Shown here: in pieces, positions 10,880 through 23,911 of the stretch
Numbering within the stretch: the stretch's first letter is position 1
Layout: each line of letters opens with the position of its first letter
Source: Scyliorhinus canicula
Lineage: Eukaryota
Assembly (NCBI RefSeq): GCF_902713615.1
Contig: NC_052147.1
Location: 167,008,410 to 167,072,409 of the forward strand
Reading direction: 5' to 3'
Length of the DNA: 64,000 bases
The notes under the pieces: model-generated
What the model saw: the letters and a program-made list of their open reading frames with translations, nothing else
The model's database searches: none
What the model was told of the DNA's origin: nothing
Made by a program: the position numbers and the translations under genes

Positions 10880-13800
10880 AATTTGGCTTGTGGCAGAGGG
10901 TGAGAGAATCAACACGAGTTAAAAAGCTACTTGTCCTCATTCTAATCACTTTACCTGCACAGATGTCTCTGTCCATACTCCCCCTTCACACTGAGGACCT
11001 GGTCCAACTGTGTGGTGCAGTACTGCCCCAATGCTAAATGGGATGAACTCAGATAATTTCTTGTTATTCAAAATTGAGCATCCAGAAGGTGCCTTAGTGT
11101 GGTGAATGTATTCACCGAAGTATGCTGTCTGTATAGTGCTGTGACCTATGACCTTGTACTGGAACGCCGGTGGGCTCCACCTCTGGCTCCACCCTCACCG
11201 GGGCAATGTATAGACCGGCCACCTGTGGGTGGCACTCATTTGTACAGCCGACTCTGGCAGGCGGGTTCCTGGATGATAAAGCCTTATATTCACCCGTTCT
11301 CACGGTCTCATAGTGAATTAACGGTATAACAATTTATTATCCAGCGACAGCACCATGGAAGCCGCTCTCAAGCCAGATAAACTCGACGCGCGAGCAACAG
11401 AAGCCAAGGAGATCTTCAAACATTGGCTTCGTTGTTTCGAGGCCGACCTCAACTCCTCCGCAACGCCTCCCTCTGAAACCCTCATGCTGCGACTCCTTCA
11501 CGCACAGGTGAGCCATCGAATATTTGTGATGACAGAGAAAGCTGCCACGTACGAGGTGGCGGTCGCGACCCTCAAAGCGCATTTCGCGAAACCAGTAAAC
11601 GAGGTTTTCGCGTGACAACTCCTCACTACTCACCGTCAACGCATCAGGGAATCGCTGGACGAGTACCTGGAAAACCTGACCCTACTCGCGAGGAACTGCA
11701 ACTATCGGGATGTGACGGCGGAGGAGCACATGAAGCAACAGATCTGGGACACCTACGTGGCTGGGGTCCGATCGAACTATATCAGGCACGCCTGCTGGAA
11801 AACGGGACCACTGACCTGTGGGACATGGTAAAGCTAGCTATCTCGTTAGAGATGGCCTACCAGAGCCTCAGTGTGTTCCCCGCGGACCCGGCGAACCACT
11901 CGTGGACACCATCGTCGCGGCCCCTATAGGACCCGACTACATCACAGGCTTGTGCCGCGCAGCTGCCAGTCCAGACCAGGGAACCGCAGTGCTACTTCTG
12001 CGGCCAGGGTCAACACCCCCGGCAGTGTTGCCAGCCCGCACAGCAACGTGCAGCGACTGTGGCAAAAAGGGACACTTGGCCAGAGTCTGTCTGGGCCGAA
12101 CTAAAGCCCAGAAATCGAACACTCACCAGGCCGGACCCGTGGACTCACAGGCCCGCAGACCCTGCAATGTGGCTGAGTGCCAGCTGGGATTGCCCCCTTC
12201 AGACGCGTCATCAGCCGCGTGCGACTCGTGGGGGCTGCCATCTTGGCCGCCGGCTCCAACACCGACCGACACGTGCGTCCGATGGGGGCGGCTATCTTGG
12301 TCGCTATCTTCGACGCAGCCCACCAAGTGCGACTCATGTGGGCCGCCATTTTGTGGTACCGCCGACCACACAGACCCCGCAGTTTGGTGCAGTCACCCAC
12401 AACTAGTCGCAGCCAAAGCACCTGAAAAATTCCATGATGGTCGTCCGGGTCAAAGGGCACGAGACCCCTGTCTTTTCGACCCCGGGAGCACGGAAAGCTT
12501 TGTTCACCCTGACACGGTAGGGCGTTGCTCCCTTCACATATACCCCACATCCCAAACAATCTCATTTGCTTCCGGATCCCATTCGGTCCAGATCCGGGGT
12601 TACTGTATCGCTAACCTCACGATGCAGGGCGCCGAGTACTCCCGTTTTAAGCTGTACGTCCTCCCTCACCTCTGCGCCCCCCTACTGCTTGGATTAGACT
12701 TCCAATGCAGTCACCGAAGCCTGACCCTACAGTTCAGCGGACCCTTACCCCCACCCTCACGGTATGCAGCCTCGCGACTCTCAAGGTCTTCCCCCCCATT
12801 CGCTCTTTGTGAACCTCACTCCCGACTGTAAGCCCATCACCACCAGGAGCAGGCGGTACAGTTCCCAAGACATGATTTTTATCAAGTCGGAGGTCCAGCG
12901 ACTGTTGGGTGAAGGGATCATCGAGGCCAGCAACAGCCCCTGGCGAGCGCAAATGGTGGTCGTCCGGACCGGGGAAAAGAATCGGATGGTTGTGGACTAC
13001 AGCCAAACGATTAACCGGTTCACGCAAGTGGATGCGTACCCCCTCCCCCGCATAGCGGAGATGATCAACCAGATCGCACAGTACCAGGTGTTCTCAACGG
13101 TCAATCTGAAGGCGGCCGACCACCAGCTCCCGATCCACCCGGAAGAGTGCCACTACACTGCCTTCGAAGCAGCCGGCCGGCCCTTCCACTTCCTCAGGGT
13201 CCTTTCGGCGTCACTAACGGGGTCCCGGTTTTCCAGAGAACGATGGACTTAATGGTGGACCAATACGGGTAGCGGACTACATACCCGTACTGGGACAATG
13301 TTACCATCTGCGGCCATGATCAGCAGGACCATGACGCCAACTTCCAGAGGTTCCTCCAGGCCGCCCAATCCCTCAATCTCACATATAACAAAGAGAAGTG
13401 CGTTTTCTGCACTACCCGACTGGCCATCCTCGGTTACGTCGTGGAGAACAGGGTCCTAGGGCCCGACTCCGACCGTATGCGCCCTCTCACGGAACTTCCC
13501 CCTCCCCACAGCCTCAGGGCCCTCAAACGATGCCTGCGGCTGTCCTCCTGCTATGCCCAGTGGGTCCCCAACTATGCGGACAAAGCCCGCCCACTTATCA
13601 AAATCACCACATTTCCCCTGACAGCTGAGGCCCGCTCGGTCTTCAGCTGCATCAAGGCCGACATTACTAAGGCCGCAATGCACGCGGTGGATGAGTCCGT
13701 CCCCTTCCAGGTAGAGAGCGATGTGTCAGATGTCGCCCTGGCCACCACCCTCGACCAGACGGGCAGGTCGGTAGCCACTTTCTCTAGAACTCTCCACGGT

Positions 13801-15720
13801 CCGAAATCTGAGACGCCTCGGTCAAGAAGGAAGCACAAGCCATAGTGGAAGCCGTGCGGCACTGGAGGCACTACCTAGCCGGTAGGAGGTTCACCCTCGT
13901 CACCGACAAACGGTCGGTAGCCTTTATGTTTGACAACGCACAACGGGGAAAAATTAAGAATGACAAAATCTTGAGGTGGAGGATCAAACTCTCCACCTAC
14001 AATTACGATATCAAATATCGTCCTGGGAAGCTTAATGAGCCCCCAGATGCCCTGTCCCACGGCACATGCGCCAGCGCGCAAGATAGCCGACTTCGGGCTA
14101 TCCACAATGACCTCTGTCACCCAGGGGTCACTCGGCTTATCCACTTTATTAAGGCCCACAATCTGCCCTACTCCACTGAAGAGGTCAAGGCCATGACCAG
14201 GGACTGCCAAGTCTGCGCGGAGTGCAAACCGCACTTCTACCAGCCAGACAAGGCCCACCTGGTTAAGGCCTCGCAGCCCTTTCCACGCCTCAGTATTGAC
14301 TTCAAAGGGCCCCTCCCCTCCACCAACCATAACGTATATTTCCTCACCATCATCAATGAGTACACCCCCTTCCCCTTCGCTGTCCCCTGCCCCGACATGA
14401 TCTTTGCCATGGTCATAAAGGCACTGCACAGCATCTTCACACTGTTCGGTTTCCCTGCGTACATCCACAGCGACTGGGGCACATCGTTCATGAGTGATGA
14501 GCTGCGTCAGTACCTGCTCAGTAATGGCATCGCCTCAAGCAGGACTACGAGCTATAACCCGCAGGGAAACGGGCAGGTGGAGAGGGAGAACGCGACGGTA
14601 TGGAAGGCCGTCCTTCTGACCCTCTGTTCTAGAAGTCTCCCGAACCCTGCTGGCAGGAGGTCCTCCCCGACGCCCTCCACTCCATCAGATCGCTCCTCTG
14701 CACAGCCACGAATGACATCCCTCACGACCGTTTGTTTGTCTTCCCCAGGAAGTCCATCTCTGGGGTCTCACTTCCATCTTGGCTGACAACTCCTGGACCT
14801 GTCCTTCTATGGAGGCATATGAGGAGTCATAAAACCGTTCCCCTGGTCGAGAGGGTCGAGCTGCTGCACGCCAACCCCCAATACGCCTACATCGCGCACC
14901 ACGATGGATGGCAAGATACGGTCTTCCTACGGGACCTGGTGCCAGCTGGTTCGCCTGCCAACGCGCCCCCCTCCCCGTTGCCTACCGCCACCCACAGCGT
15001 CTCTTATGCCCCCTGTGTCTCCTGTACTGTCCCGAGCCTGCACTGCCACCACCCACAATCCCTCTGCCTACCCCCTCATCCGTCTCCGACACGCCGGACT
15101 AAAGCTCAAGCTCCAGACAACATGCCCCCGGAGTCGCCACCTGCAACAACCGTGCCTGCTGCATTGCCAGAGCTGAGGATGTCTAAAAGAACGACCCAGC
15201 CTCTGGACAGACTGAATATTTGACGACCCCACATCACCCCCGCTGGACTTGATTTTTTAAAAAGGGGGTGAATGTGGTGAATGTATTCACATAAGCATGC
15301 TGTCTGTATAGCGCTGTGACTATGACCTTGTACTGGAATCCTGGTGGGCTCCGCCTCTTGCTCCGCCCTCACTGGGGCGATATATAGTCCGGCCACCTGT
15401 GGGTGGCACTCATTTGTACAGCCGACTCTGGCAGGCGGGTTCCTGGATAATAAAGCGATATATTCACTCGTTCTCACGGTCTCATAGTGAATTGACGGTA
15501 TAACACTTAGGCCAATAGCAATAGCAGAATTGCATTCAACCACAATCTGCAAACTCACAGCCCGACATATCACTCCTCCTTTCATTCGAGGATCAGGGAA
15601 ACAACCTGGCTTCAAATCAGCATGCAGGACAGCAGCAGCACCAGACATTTCATCCTACTCAAACCGCAACAAAAGACTGCATGCATGCCTGAGAACAAAC
15701 TAGAGCAGTGCTGCTCCCTC
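10880..15720 (+). mobile_element. ancient LINE ORF2 fragment (10880-11097 and 15511-15720) split by the Gypsy insertion
   Basis: The two flanks join across the TSD into continuous degraded LINE-like coding sequence. Confidence 0.45.
11098..15505 (+). mobile_element. full-length decayed Ty3/Gypsy LTR retrotransposon (4408 bp), TSD CTTAG
   Basis: LTRs 11098-11331 and 15273-15505 (TG...CA, about 20 differences), polypurine tract 15259-15272; gag from 11355 with knuckle CSDCGKKGHLARVC, protease FDPGSTESF, RT (SPWRAQMVVV, DAYPLP), RNase H, integrase (CHPG..CQVC, IDFKGP, GNGQVER) in Gypsy order; frameshifts and stops. Confidence 0.96.
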
Positions 15721-16639
15721 CACTCCTTTAGTGTTCACAGCTAGCACTTCACACAACTTACACAAGGCTGATTGACTCTTTATTTGTACTAATATGCCAC
15801 AGACTTCAAACTTGATAAATGTCACACAGACCATTTTGTCACCCAGGCTCTTTAGCTCAATGAATGCCACACAGACTCTTTTACTCAATCTACTAATAAA
15901 CGTTACTCAATTCACAAATTGAACTCAAATATCACCTTAGCAGAACAGCTAGCCAGGCACTGCTCCAGAGGTATCCACTGGTCTCAGTGACACAGACTCG
16001 GGGTCATCGTCTGTGATGGTTGTTCCAAGAGTTTTCACTCCAAGGTTCTTGCTCCTGAGACTTCGATATCTTTAGATGATTCCTGTAGACTTCTAAAATG
16101 TTCATTGACATATGTGTAAGACCCTCATGTGGCTGAGGTCATTCTCCCTGAATGTCTGGTGAACAGGCTACATCTGTTTCATTTTCCCTATGCAGATTTC
16201 CATATTAACAGCCCTTTGCAACCACAAAGGACAGGTGACTCTCTTGCTTAGGGTCTACAAATGTCACTGGTTGTGTGGTTTCAACTTCCCTTTCTCCTTT
16301 TCGCTATAAAGCTGCTATCTGTTATTTAAGATCTTTCTTGTGGTTCACCAGATTAGGTCTTGTGTTTGGACACCTATAGCTTCCATCATTATTCACTTTT
16401 TATTGGAGTTCTTGTCCAGATTTCCCATCATGCAATTGAGTTTGGCTACAGCAGAACGTCTTAGGAAGAGCTACGTGATTTCATAATCAACAGCTCAGAT
16501 AAACTCAAAGCTCCGCACTCTTGCCACATTCAGTTATGAATGGTAGTGGAGAATTAAACAAACAACAGGAGGAGAATGTTCCATGAACATCACATCCTGA
16601 ATGATAGATAACACGTCGGCCTTTTAACACCTGCAGACA

Positions 16640-17140
16640 ATGGATATTGGAATTCAACCAGCCCTCCTCATCATTGCCGCAGCCCTGGGGGATGCCCTGT
16701 GGCTGTACGAGCTGCAGCTGCTCGAGAAGGAGGCAGCAGTGGAGCATACAGCAATGGAGTGTGTAGCAGCAGAACAGGAGGCAGCCACTCAGGATGGAGA
16801 AGCAGCCGCCCAACAAGCCGAGGAGGAGGAGGAGGTGCCAAGGAGCCACTGCATGAGGCCTCATCTGTCTGGCAGCACCTGTTATTCGAGGACCTGCAGG
16901 ATTGGGCGTGCCGTCGAATACTCCAGCTGAGCAGGGAGACAGTGCGACATAACTGCCAGTACATGACACACCTGGTACTATGGGGAAATGGGGGAGGACT
17001 CATGCTCCCAGTGACCTTCAAGGTGATGGTCACCTTGAATCTTTACACCATGGGCTCCTTTCAGGTGCTGAGTGGGGGCCTGTCCAGGATCTCACAGACC
17101 TCAGTGCACAGGTGCATGTATGCCGTCATGGAGGTTCTGC
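16640..17140 (+). pseudogene. Harbinger transposase N-terminal fragment
   Basis: FEDLQDWACRRILQLSRETV...LNLYTMGSFQ...ISQTSVHRC; homologous to 28710-28968; frameshifted and truncated. Confidence 0.85.
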
Positions 17141-18179
17141 CCGGAGAGGGATGATGGTGGGATTGGTCATGGGCACGGACACTGAATCCCACCCCTGAAC
17201 CTCCCGCCTCACACCCCTCCCCCCCATGACCACCCCCTGCATGCAACCCATTCCATGATTCAGACCTGCCGCCCTATGGGGTGTGGGCCCTGGGTTGGCA
17301 GTAACACCAGGCCTGGTCCATGGGATAGAGGATGGCGACAACCCACTCTGCGATGACCTCTAGTGCCCCCGCATTGTTTGACAACATCTGGCCCCTGCCC
17401 ATGGTTGCACTTCCCACCGTTCACCTGGGTGATTCCTACCTGCGAGTTGGCCAATCCAATACATGATCCCATTGACTCTCTGGTGTGGCGGAGGTGGGAT
17501 TGGTCAGGGGGAGGATGGTGGAGGGGAGGGGGGAGCTTAGCCCACCCACAACATCTGCCTCATTCCCGCAACCCCGCCATCGCACCCCCTCTCGGGCTAG
17601 CCCTGACCAGCTCACCCCTCATACCCATCTGACAGAGCAGCGAGGCAGGATGTAACAGTGTGTCCTCGCCACTAACGCCCTTCACCCGTGCCAACTTAAC
17701 TGGTTGCAAGGGATGGGTTAATTCTATCCACTGTGAAGATACTTGGCAGCTTTCCAAGGCCAGGATGTTGACTGGGACATAAAGCACCAGGTGTTCAAAC
17801 TCAGGCGTTCTCATGCCAAGCTATGCTTGGTATCCAACTATTTATGATACTTTGCTGACTTTCCCAGCCATTTCTCTCTTCTGGAATTTTTATTCCATTG
17901 TATATCTGAGAGGCACATCTGGTCGTTCGTTGGATTTCACCTCGGACCTGAGTCGCGACAGGTGCCAGGAGCTGAATCTCAAAGTCGCCGTCAACACCGG
18001 GGTCCCCGTCAAGCTGATGGATGAGAGATTCTTGTGGTGTATACTTATCTTATATTATACTTATATCATATTACTTTTATCAATAAAGTAGAGTAGACAA
18101 ACATTTGTCGTTATCCTCTTAATTATATTGTGTCTGAATCACAAAGAACCCTTGGAGGAACCCAAGACACTGGTGTCTA

Positions 18180-20382
18180 ACTTTCTGGCCTTACGGGCCG
18201 AATGCTACGTCTAGGTGATGCCCAGATGGTACATCAGGAGCGGAAGCAGCCATTGGTGGACGGCGTCTGGGCGACTGGGCCTGGATTGGCCTGGCTGCTG
18301 CTCAGGTGACCCAGATGGCTTGGTGCTGCCCTGATCTGCCCAGTGCCATAAAGGTGCGTCAGGGACAGGAGGGGGAAGGGGTCTGAGGTGTTGCGGTGTT
18401 CTGGTACCTCCTCTGCTGAACTCACTGGCACTGGCCCGATCACCTTCTCCTTCCTCGGATTTCCCAATGGCCCCCGGGCTGCTTCATGGGACGAGGGTGC
18501 GAGCGGAGCTATCCCCTTAGGCACACCCGCCACCTGGCACTGCCAGTCCTGGAAGCCTGCTCTCTTCTCGGCTAGGGTCTGTAATCTCACATCCATGGAG
18601 CACAGGGAGTGGATCACCTCCGTCTGGGGCTGCGCCACATCACACTGCGACTGTGCCACAACCTTCTGGGTCTGTGCTACATCAGCCAGTGACTGCGCCA
18701 TCTCCCTCTGGCACTGGGCCACCTCCCTCTCCCTCTCCGCCACATTGGCCTGCGCCTGGGCAATGCCGCTGATGCTCTAGCCATGGCCCGCTGTGAGTGG
18801 GCAACACTCAGGAGCACTGCCGAAATGTCCAGGTGGCTCTGATACATGGCTGCCTGTGTCAGGACAGCCCTGTCCTGGGCCCTGGACACCGTCTGCACAG
18901 AATATCACAGGCTTTGGACATACCCGTAACAGCCTCCCCGAACAGGCGCCAGAATGTGGCGACTAGGGGCTTTTCACAGTAACTTCATTGAAGCCTACTC
19001 GTGACAATAAGCGATTTTCATTTCATTTTTCATTTCATTCACATACTGATCCAGAGCCTAAACCTTCGCCCCAAGGCCTCCAACATGAACTCCACCAGTG
19101 CGGTGTTGGCCTGGGTGGCATGCATGTTCGGCACCGGCTCTTGCTCCTGTAAGCAATTGGACACTTCCACCTGCACCTGCAGGTACTGGATGCTCGCGAC
19201 AACCCCTCATGCAGTCCCTAGCTCTGCAACTGCATCTCCACAATCGATTGGACTGCCCGTTCCAGAAGCCCGAAACACATTTGGACGTCAGCTAGCCCCT
19301 GGGGTTGGCCTGTCCTCTGGCAGTCCGTGCCCTCGGGAGTTCCTACCTCCACCTGCTCTGTGGTGCGCACCAGAAGCCTCTTCACTAAAGTGCCCGACTG
19401 AGATGAGTGTCTCTGGGATGGTGGACAGTGTCGGAGACAGCTGTAATGGGAACTTAGCGTCCACATCGGAATCGAGCTCCAGGGTATCCTGCCATGTGTG
19501 AACTCCGTGTCAGTGTGGTCGTCACTGCTCTGCACACGGGGTGTTCTGGTTGTGACTGGGGACGGGGGATGCCTCATAGATGCGTCCCATCACCAGCAGC
19601 TCCTGCAAGACACACGGCCGGACGCGTGATTAGACCGCGGGCCAGGGGAGATTGGGGGTGACGGTGGTGTGGGGGTGGGGGTGATCGTAGTGTGGGGGTG
19701 AGAGTGGTGTGGGTGTGAGGGCGGTGGTGATGGTGACACATGTGGCATGGGGAACCGTAACTAGTGGGCTTTCATGTCCAAGCTCGCGGCCGATCTCCAC
19801 CTCAGTGACTTCTCTTTCCTCAGGCCTGCCATCCAAATCTAGGGCCTGCTGCTCTGCCGCAGTGACGGGCTGCCGATCCGGCAATCCCCCTCCAGTCTTC
19901 CCCCTCACCCGGCGGTTATGAGCGGCCTTCACCTTGGGGGGTGGGGGTCGGAACAGAAAATGCACAGCGTTAGACAGTCCAATGCATGCAGCCCAGGGTG
20001 TGGGTAGCTGGTTGCTTCAGTGGCCGGAGCTACCCGCCATGGTGCCAGTATGTAGTGCAGGGTGGGTGTTTGGCCGGCCTGCGGTTGTGGGGGTGGTGGG
20101 AGGGTGGGTTATGGGTGTGTGGAATGGGGGTTGGTGCCAGAGCACAGTGCTGCCTACTTACCCTGGCCGCACTGAGAGACCATGCAGTTTCTTCCTGAAC
20201 TGCAGGCTTGTCGCTCGTGGTGCTCACCGTCTCTTCCACCTACGCCCAGGCACGGCGAACGGCGGCAGCTGGCAACCTCCTTCCCCAGCTGGGTTACATA
20301 GTGGACTACCTCTCCTCCATGGCATCCAGGACGGTCTCAAGCTTGGTATTTGTGAGGCGTGGAAACACGCTTCTTGCTGCCA
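18180..20382 (-). pseudogene. Harbinger second gene (Myb/SANT-like, spliced, with heptad-repeat region), decayed
   Basis: MAARSVFPRLTNTKLETVLDAMEER* exon at ~20160-20382; VKAAHNRRVRGKTGGGLPD exon; repeats MAQSLADVAQTQKVVAQSQCDVAQPQ; convergent with the transposase. Confidence 0.75.
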
Positions 20383-21639
20383 TTCTTTGGCCAGGATGGT
20401 GTGTGTGGGGAGTGAAGTATGTGTATGCAGCTGCAGCTTGTCAATTGTGAACCGGGGGAATCCCGCACCATATTTCATTGGAATCGATTGTGTTCTGGCT
20501 TCACGGGTGCTGGCTTCTTTTTTTTTTAAATTTAGAATATCCAATTCATTTTTTCCAATTAAGGGGCAATTTAACGTGGCCAATCCACCTAACCTGCACA
20601 TCTTTGGGTTGTGGGGGTGAAACCCATGCAGACACGGGGCGAATGTGAAAACTCCTCACAGACAGTGACCCAGGGCCGGGATTCGAACCCGGGTCCTCAG
20701 CACCGTAGGCAGCAATGCTAACCACTGTGCCACCGTGCCGCCCTCGGTGCTGGCTTCTTAATCGTCGTTGAATCGGTCCAGGTGCAGCGCCAGTTTGCTG
20801 TCGGAGAAGTGGTGATAAGTCTATGGCTATATTATAGTTGGATGGTGTGGGACCTCCAACCAGAAGGTGGTGGTACAGACACACCTTGAGGTCTCTAGAC
20901 CAAGGTCATGTGACCTGTGATTCGGATATAAAGGGAGACACACCCGTCCATCTTCAGAAGAAGATTGAATGGGCAATAAGACATACATGTGAATGGTCAG
21001 TGCTCAGTACAAGTTCCAGAGGAGTAGTTAGCAGACTCCCATGACAATGTACTCTGTATCAGATTGCTATCTTACCAGAGGAGACTCAGTAAAAGATCCT
21101 GGTTTGGACCAGTCGAGGTGTTTGGTGAGTTCCTTCATAAAGTACAAAGGGTCAAACACAACATGGTACCACGAGTGCTGAAGATTTAAAGATAGCGACG
21201 GCAGTGATAACATTAGGCACTCGGCATGAAGACCGGCCTCGTGAACTGCAGCCTGAGGCGATCCAACACATAATAAAATGCTGAAGCTCGAAATGGATGG
21301 ACTAAGGGCCTCCCACCAGCTTCAGATGTCTGTAGGTGAGAACTGGCGGCTGTGCACACAGCAGATTGAACTTTATGTTTCGGCCGTGAGTCTGCAGGCC
21401 CGGCCTGATGAAAGGCGAATCGCGTTGCAGTCCACAAGCACTCGAACTGTACAACGTGTTTGTGTTTGATAATGGAATAGATCACAAGGAATTTGATGAA
21501 GCACTTCGATAAGCATTGTTTCCCTCAGATTAATGAAAAGTTTGAGCGCTATATGTTCTGAATGCGTACCCAGAGACCTGGCGAATCATTTGACAGTTTT
21601 GTCACAGACTTGAGGCTGAAGACCCAGTCATGCAACTTC

Positions 21640-22141
21640 ACCCGCTTTCCCCAGGCACCAGGAGGTGTTGATAGAGTCAATGGATGGGAGGCAGGTTTGT
21701 GTGATGGACTGGGCTGTGTTCACAACACTCTGATCTTTTTTGCGGTCTTGGGCCAGCAGTTGTCGTACCAGATGCAGCCAGATAGGATGCTTTCTGTGGT
21801 GCATCTGTAAAAGGTGATAAGAGTTAATAAACTTCTTCCAACGGGCAGGAGATACAAAAGTTGGAGAACATGCACAAACAGACTCAAAAACAGCTTCTTC
21901 CCCGCTGTTACCAGACTCCTAAACAACCCTCTTATGTACTGACCTCATTAACACGCCACTCCTGTATGCTTCAGCCGATGCCAGTGCTTATGTAGTTGCA
22001 TTGTGTATCTTGTGTTGCCCTATTATGTATTTTCTTTTATTTCCTTTTTTTTTCATGTACTTAATGATCTGTTGAGATGCTCACAGAAACATACTTTTCA
22101 CTGTACCTCGGTACAAGTGACAAACAAAATCCAAATCCAAA
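21640..22141 (+). mobile_element. Rex1/Babar LINE 3' fragment with inverted 5' part
   Basis: Minus-strand FYRCTTESILSGCIW (21640-21818) joined to a plus-strand 3' end with (AAATCC)n tail. Confidence 0.75.
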
Positions 22142-22201
22142 TTGCCTTTGGTTTACTTGATGATAAGCTTAGTGCTCTGATGCATGTCATGCAGAAACGC
22201 G

Positions 22202-22834
22202 GGATTGGATTCTCCGCACCCTGACGCCGAAACTGCGTTCAGCGACGGGACGGAGAATCCAGTTTCCCGCACGAAATTGCTGGTGCCGGTTCCGCGATTC
22301 TCCGCCCCCCGAAAAGCGGCTGATTATCCACCGCCTCAGGCCATTTCCTGAGGCCTGGCCCACTATTCTACAATGCTGACCGGCCGAATTCCCTACGGTA
22401 TGGACCACTCATGGCTCCACCATCCGGGATCCTCGAGTGGTGGCTGCAACTTAGTCCAGGGCCGCCATGGTCGAGGGAGGGCTGATCGGAGGGCAGGAGG
22501 TGCCTCATTCGGGACTGGGGGCTATGTGGGCGGGCGGTCTGAGTCAGGCGAGTGGCCGATGTGGGGCATAATTTCTAGGGCCCACATCCGTGGGCTGAGT
22601 CCGCCATGGAGCACAGAGCGGCTGCTAGAGGCCGCCGCCATGAGCATGCGCAGCCTCTGACCTGGAAGTGCGGAGGGCTGTATCGGCAGCTGGAGCTATG
22701 AGCTCCACGACAGCTGCCTGCTAGCCCCCTACATGGCTGTGAATCTGTGGCCTTTTGACGCCAGTTTTCCTGGCGCAAAAGACAGTTTCCATGACGGCGT
22801 AGGGACTTCGTTCCAAAAAGAGAAAAACCCGGCC
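22202..22834. mobile_element. non-autonomous Harbinger inserted in gag
   Basis: TIR-like ends and internal GATTCTCC repeats. Confidence 0.7.
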
Positions 22835-23911
22835 GTGGTCTCAGTGTGGGGGGCCATTTTAAGCGGTCGATAGGAGCCGCCGCCGCCATCTTGTGCCAGA
22901 TAGGTGGCACTTGACATGATTTGCTGAACCACAAATCATCGGCTGCACAGGCTGCACAATCGACTTGAGGGAGGGCAGGGAGAATAATTAAAACAAAGTC
23001 AATGTCCTTTGGAAAAGTTTGTTCCATGTGCGGCCATGTTGGGCATTTTGCAAAACAATGTTTTGCGTGTTCCACCATGGACCATGTATGAGCGATGTGT
23101 GCAGTAGATGAGATAAACATGGAAACAACAGTTTTTCATTGATCTCATTGCGGTGAGAAACCAGACAACTCTCAAAAACAAAGATGAAAGCAAAATCGAA
23201 ACAAAGAATGAAGATAATAAGAATGCTCAGAAAACCTGTCATTCTCATATTAAAATCGAAGGTCGTGCTCAACGATGCTTTCATTCATTGTGATTTTGAC
23301 CCAAACGCAACGGCCAACCTCCATAGCAGACTGCATAATAATGTGCTCTGTATCAGATTGCTATCTTACCACAAAAGACTGAATGGAAGATTCTGGTTTC
23401 GACAAGTCAAAGTGTTTGGTGAGTTCCTTCGTAAAGTACAAAGGACCAAACACAACAGTCCAGAGCCCCACTGCCCAGCCTCCTCACTCTCCCTCATCAA
23501 CCACATTGTCTGTTTCTCGATTTTTAAAAGCACAAGTGAACCTCACCATCGGGAATTCCCCCTGCTGGAGGCGGAGTATCGCATAGGCTCCGGAGAATAC
23601 CGGGTCAGGTGTACCAATGATATGCAAATGCAGAGTGGAAGGCATTGGCACCGCTATCGAGGCACCGGAGAATTGCGATTTGGCCTGAACACGCGTCCAT
23701 CACGATTTTGGTGTCAAAACGATTCTCTGCCCAATTGCCTTTCCTGATTTCAACATTGCCGACAGAGAATCCCGCCCCCAATCCTTTATGCAAATCTCAC
23801 CATTGTACAATGATTCTAATTTCAGCTTTCCAGTCCCTCCACTGCACACTATTCTTTCGACATAAATATGAACTTCCTCGACATTAACCCACTGACTTCA
23901 CATGTCTAGTG

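Larger units (their letters stand above)
20810..23457 (+). mobile_element. internally deleted Gypsy LTR element (gag only)
   Basis: 5' LTR ends at 21163, PBS TGGTACCACGAGTG (tRNA-Leu-like), gag MDGLRASHQLQ...RTQRPGESFDSFVTDLR, knuckle CSMCGHVGHFAKQC, partial 3' LTR 23341-23457 matching 21047-21163. Confidence 0.8.
16610..23777. mobile_element. decayed Harbinger transposon hosting nested insertions
   Basis: Transposase and Myb-like relics, right terminus AGAGAATCCCGCCC at 23777 homologous to 1060-1375. Confidence 0.65.

Noticed and set aside
23184-23747. 187-aa ORF
   Set aside because: Spans an LTR and a Harbinger terminus; chance open frame
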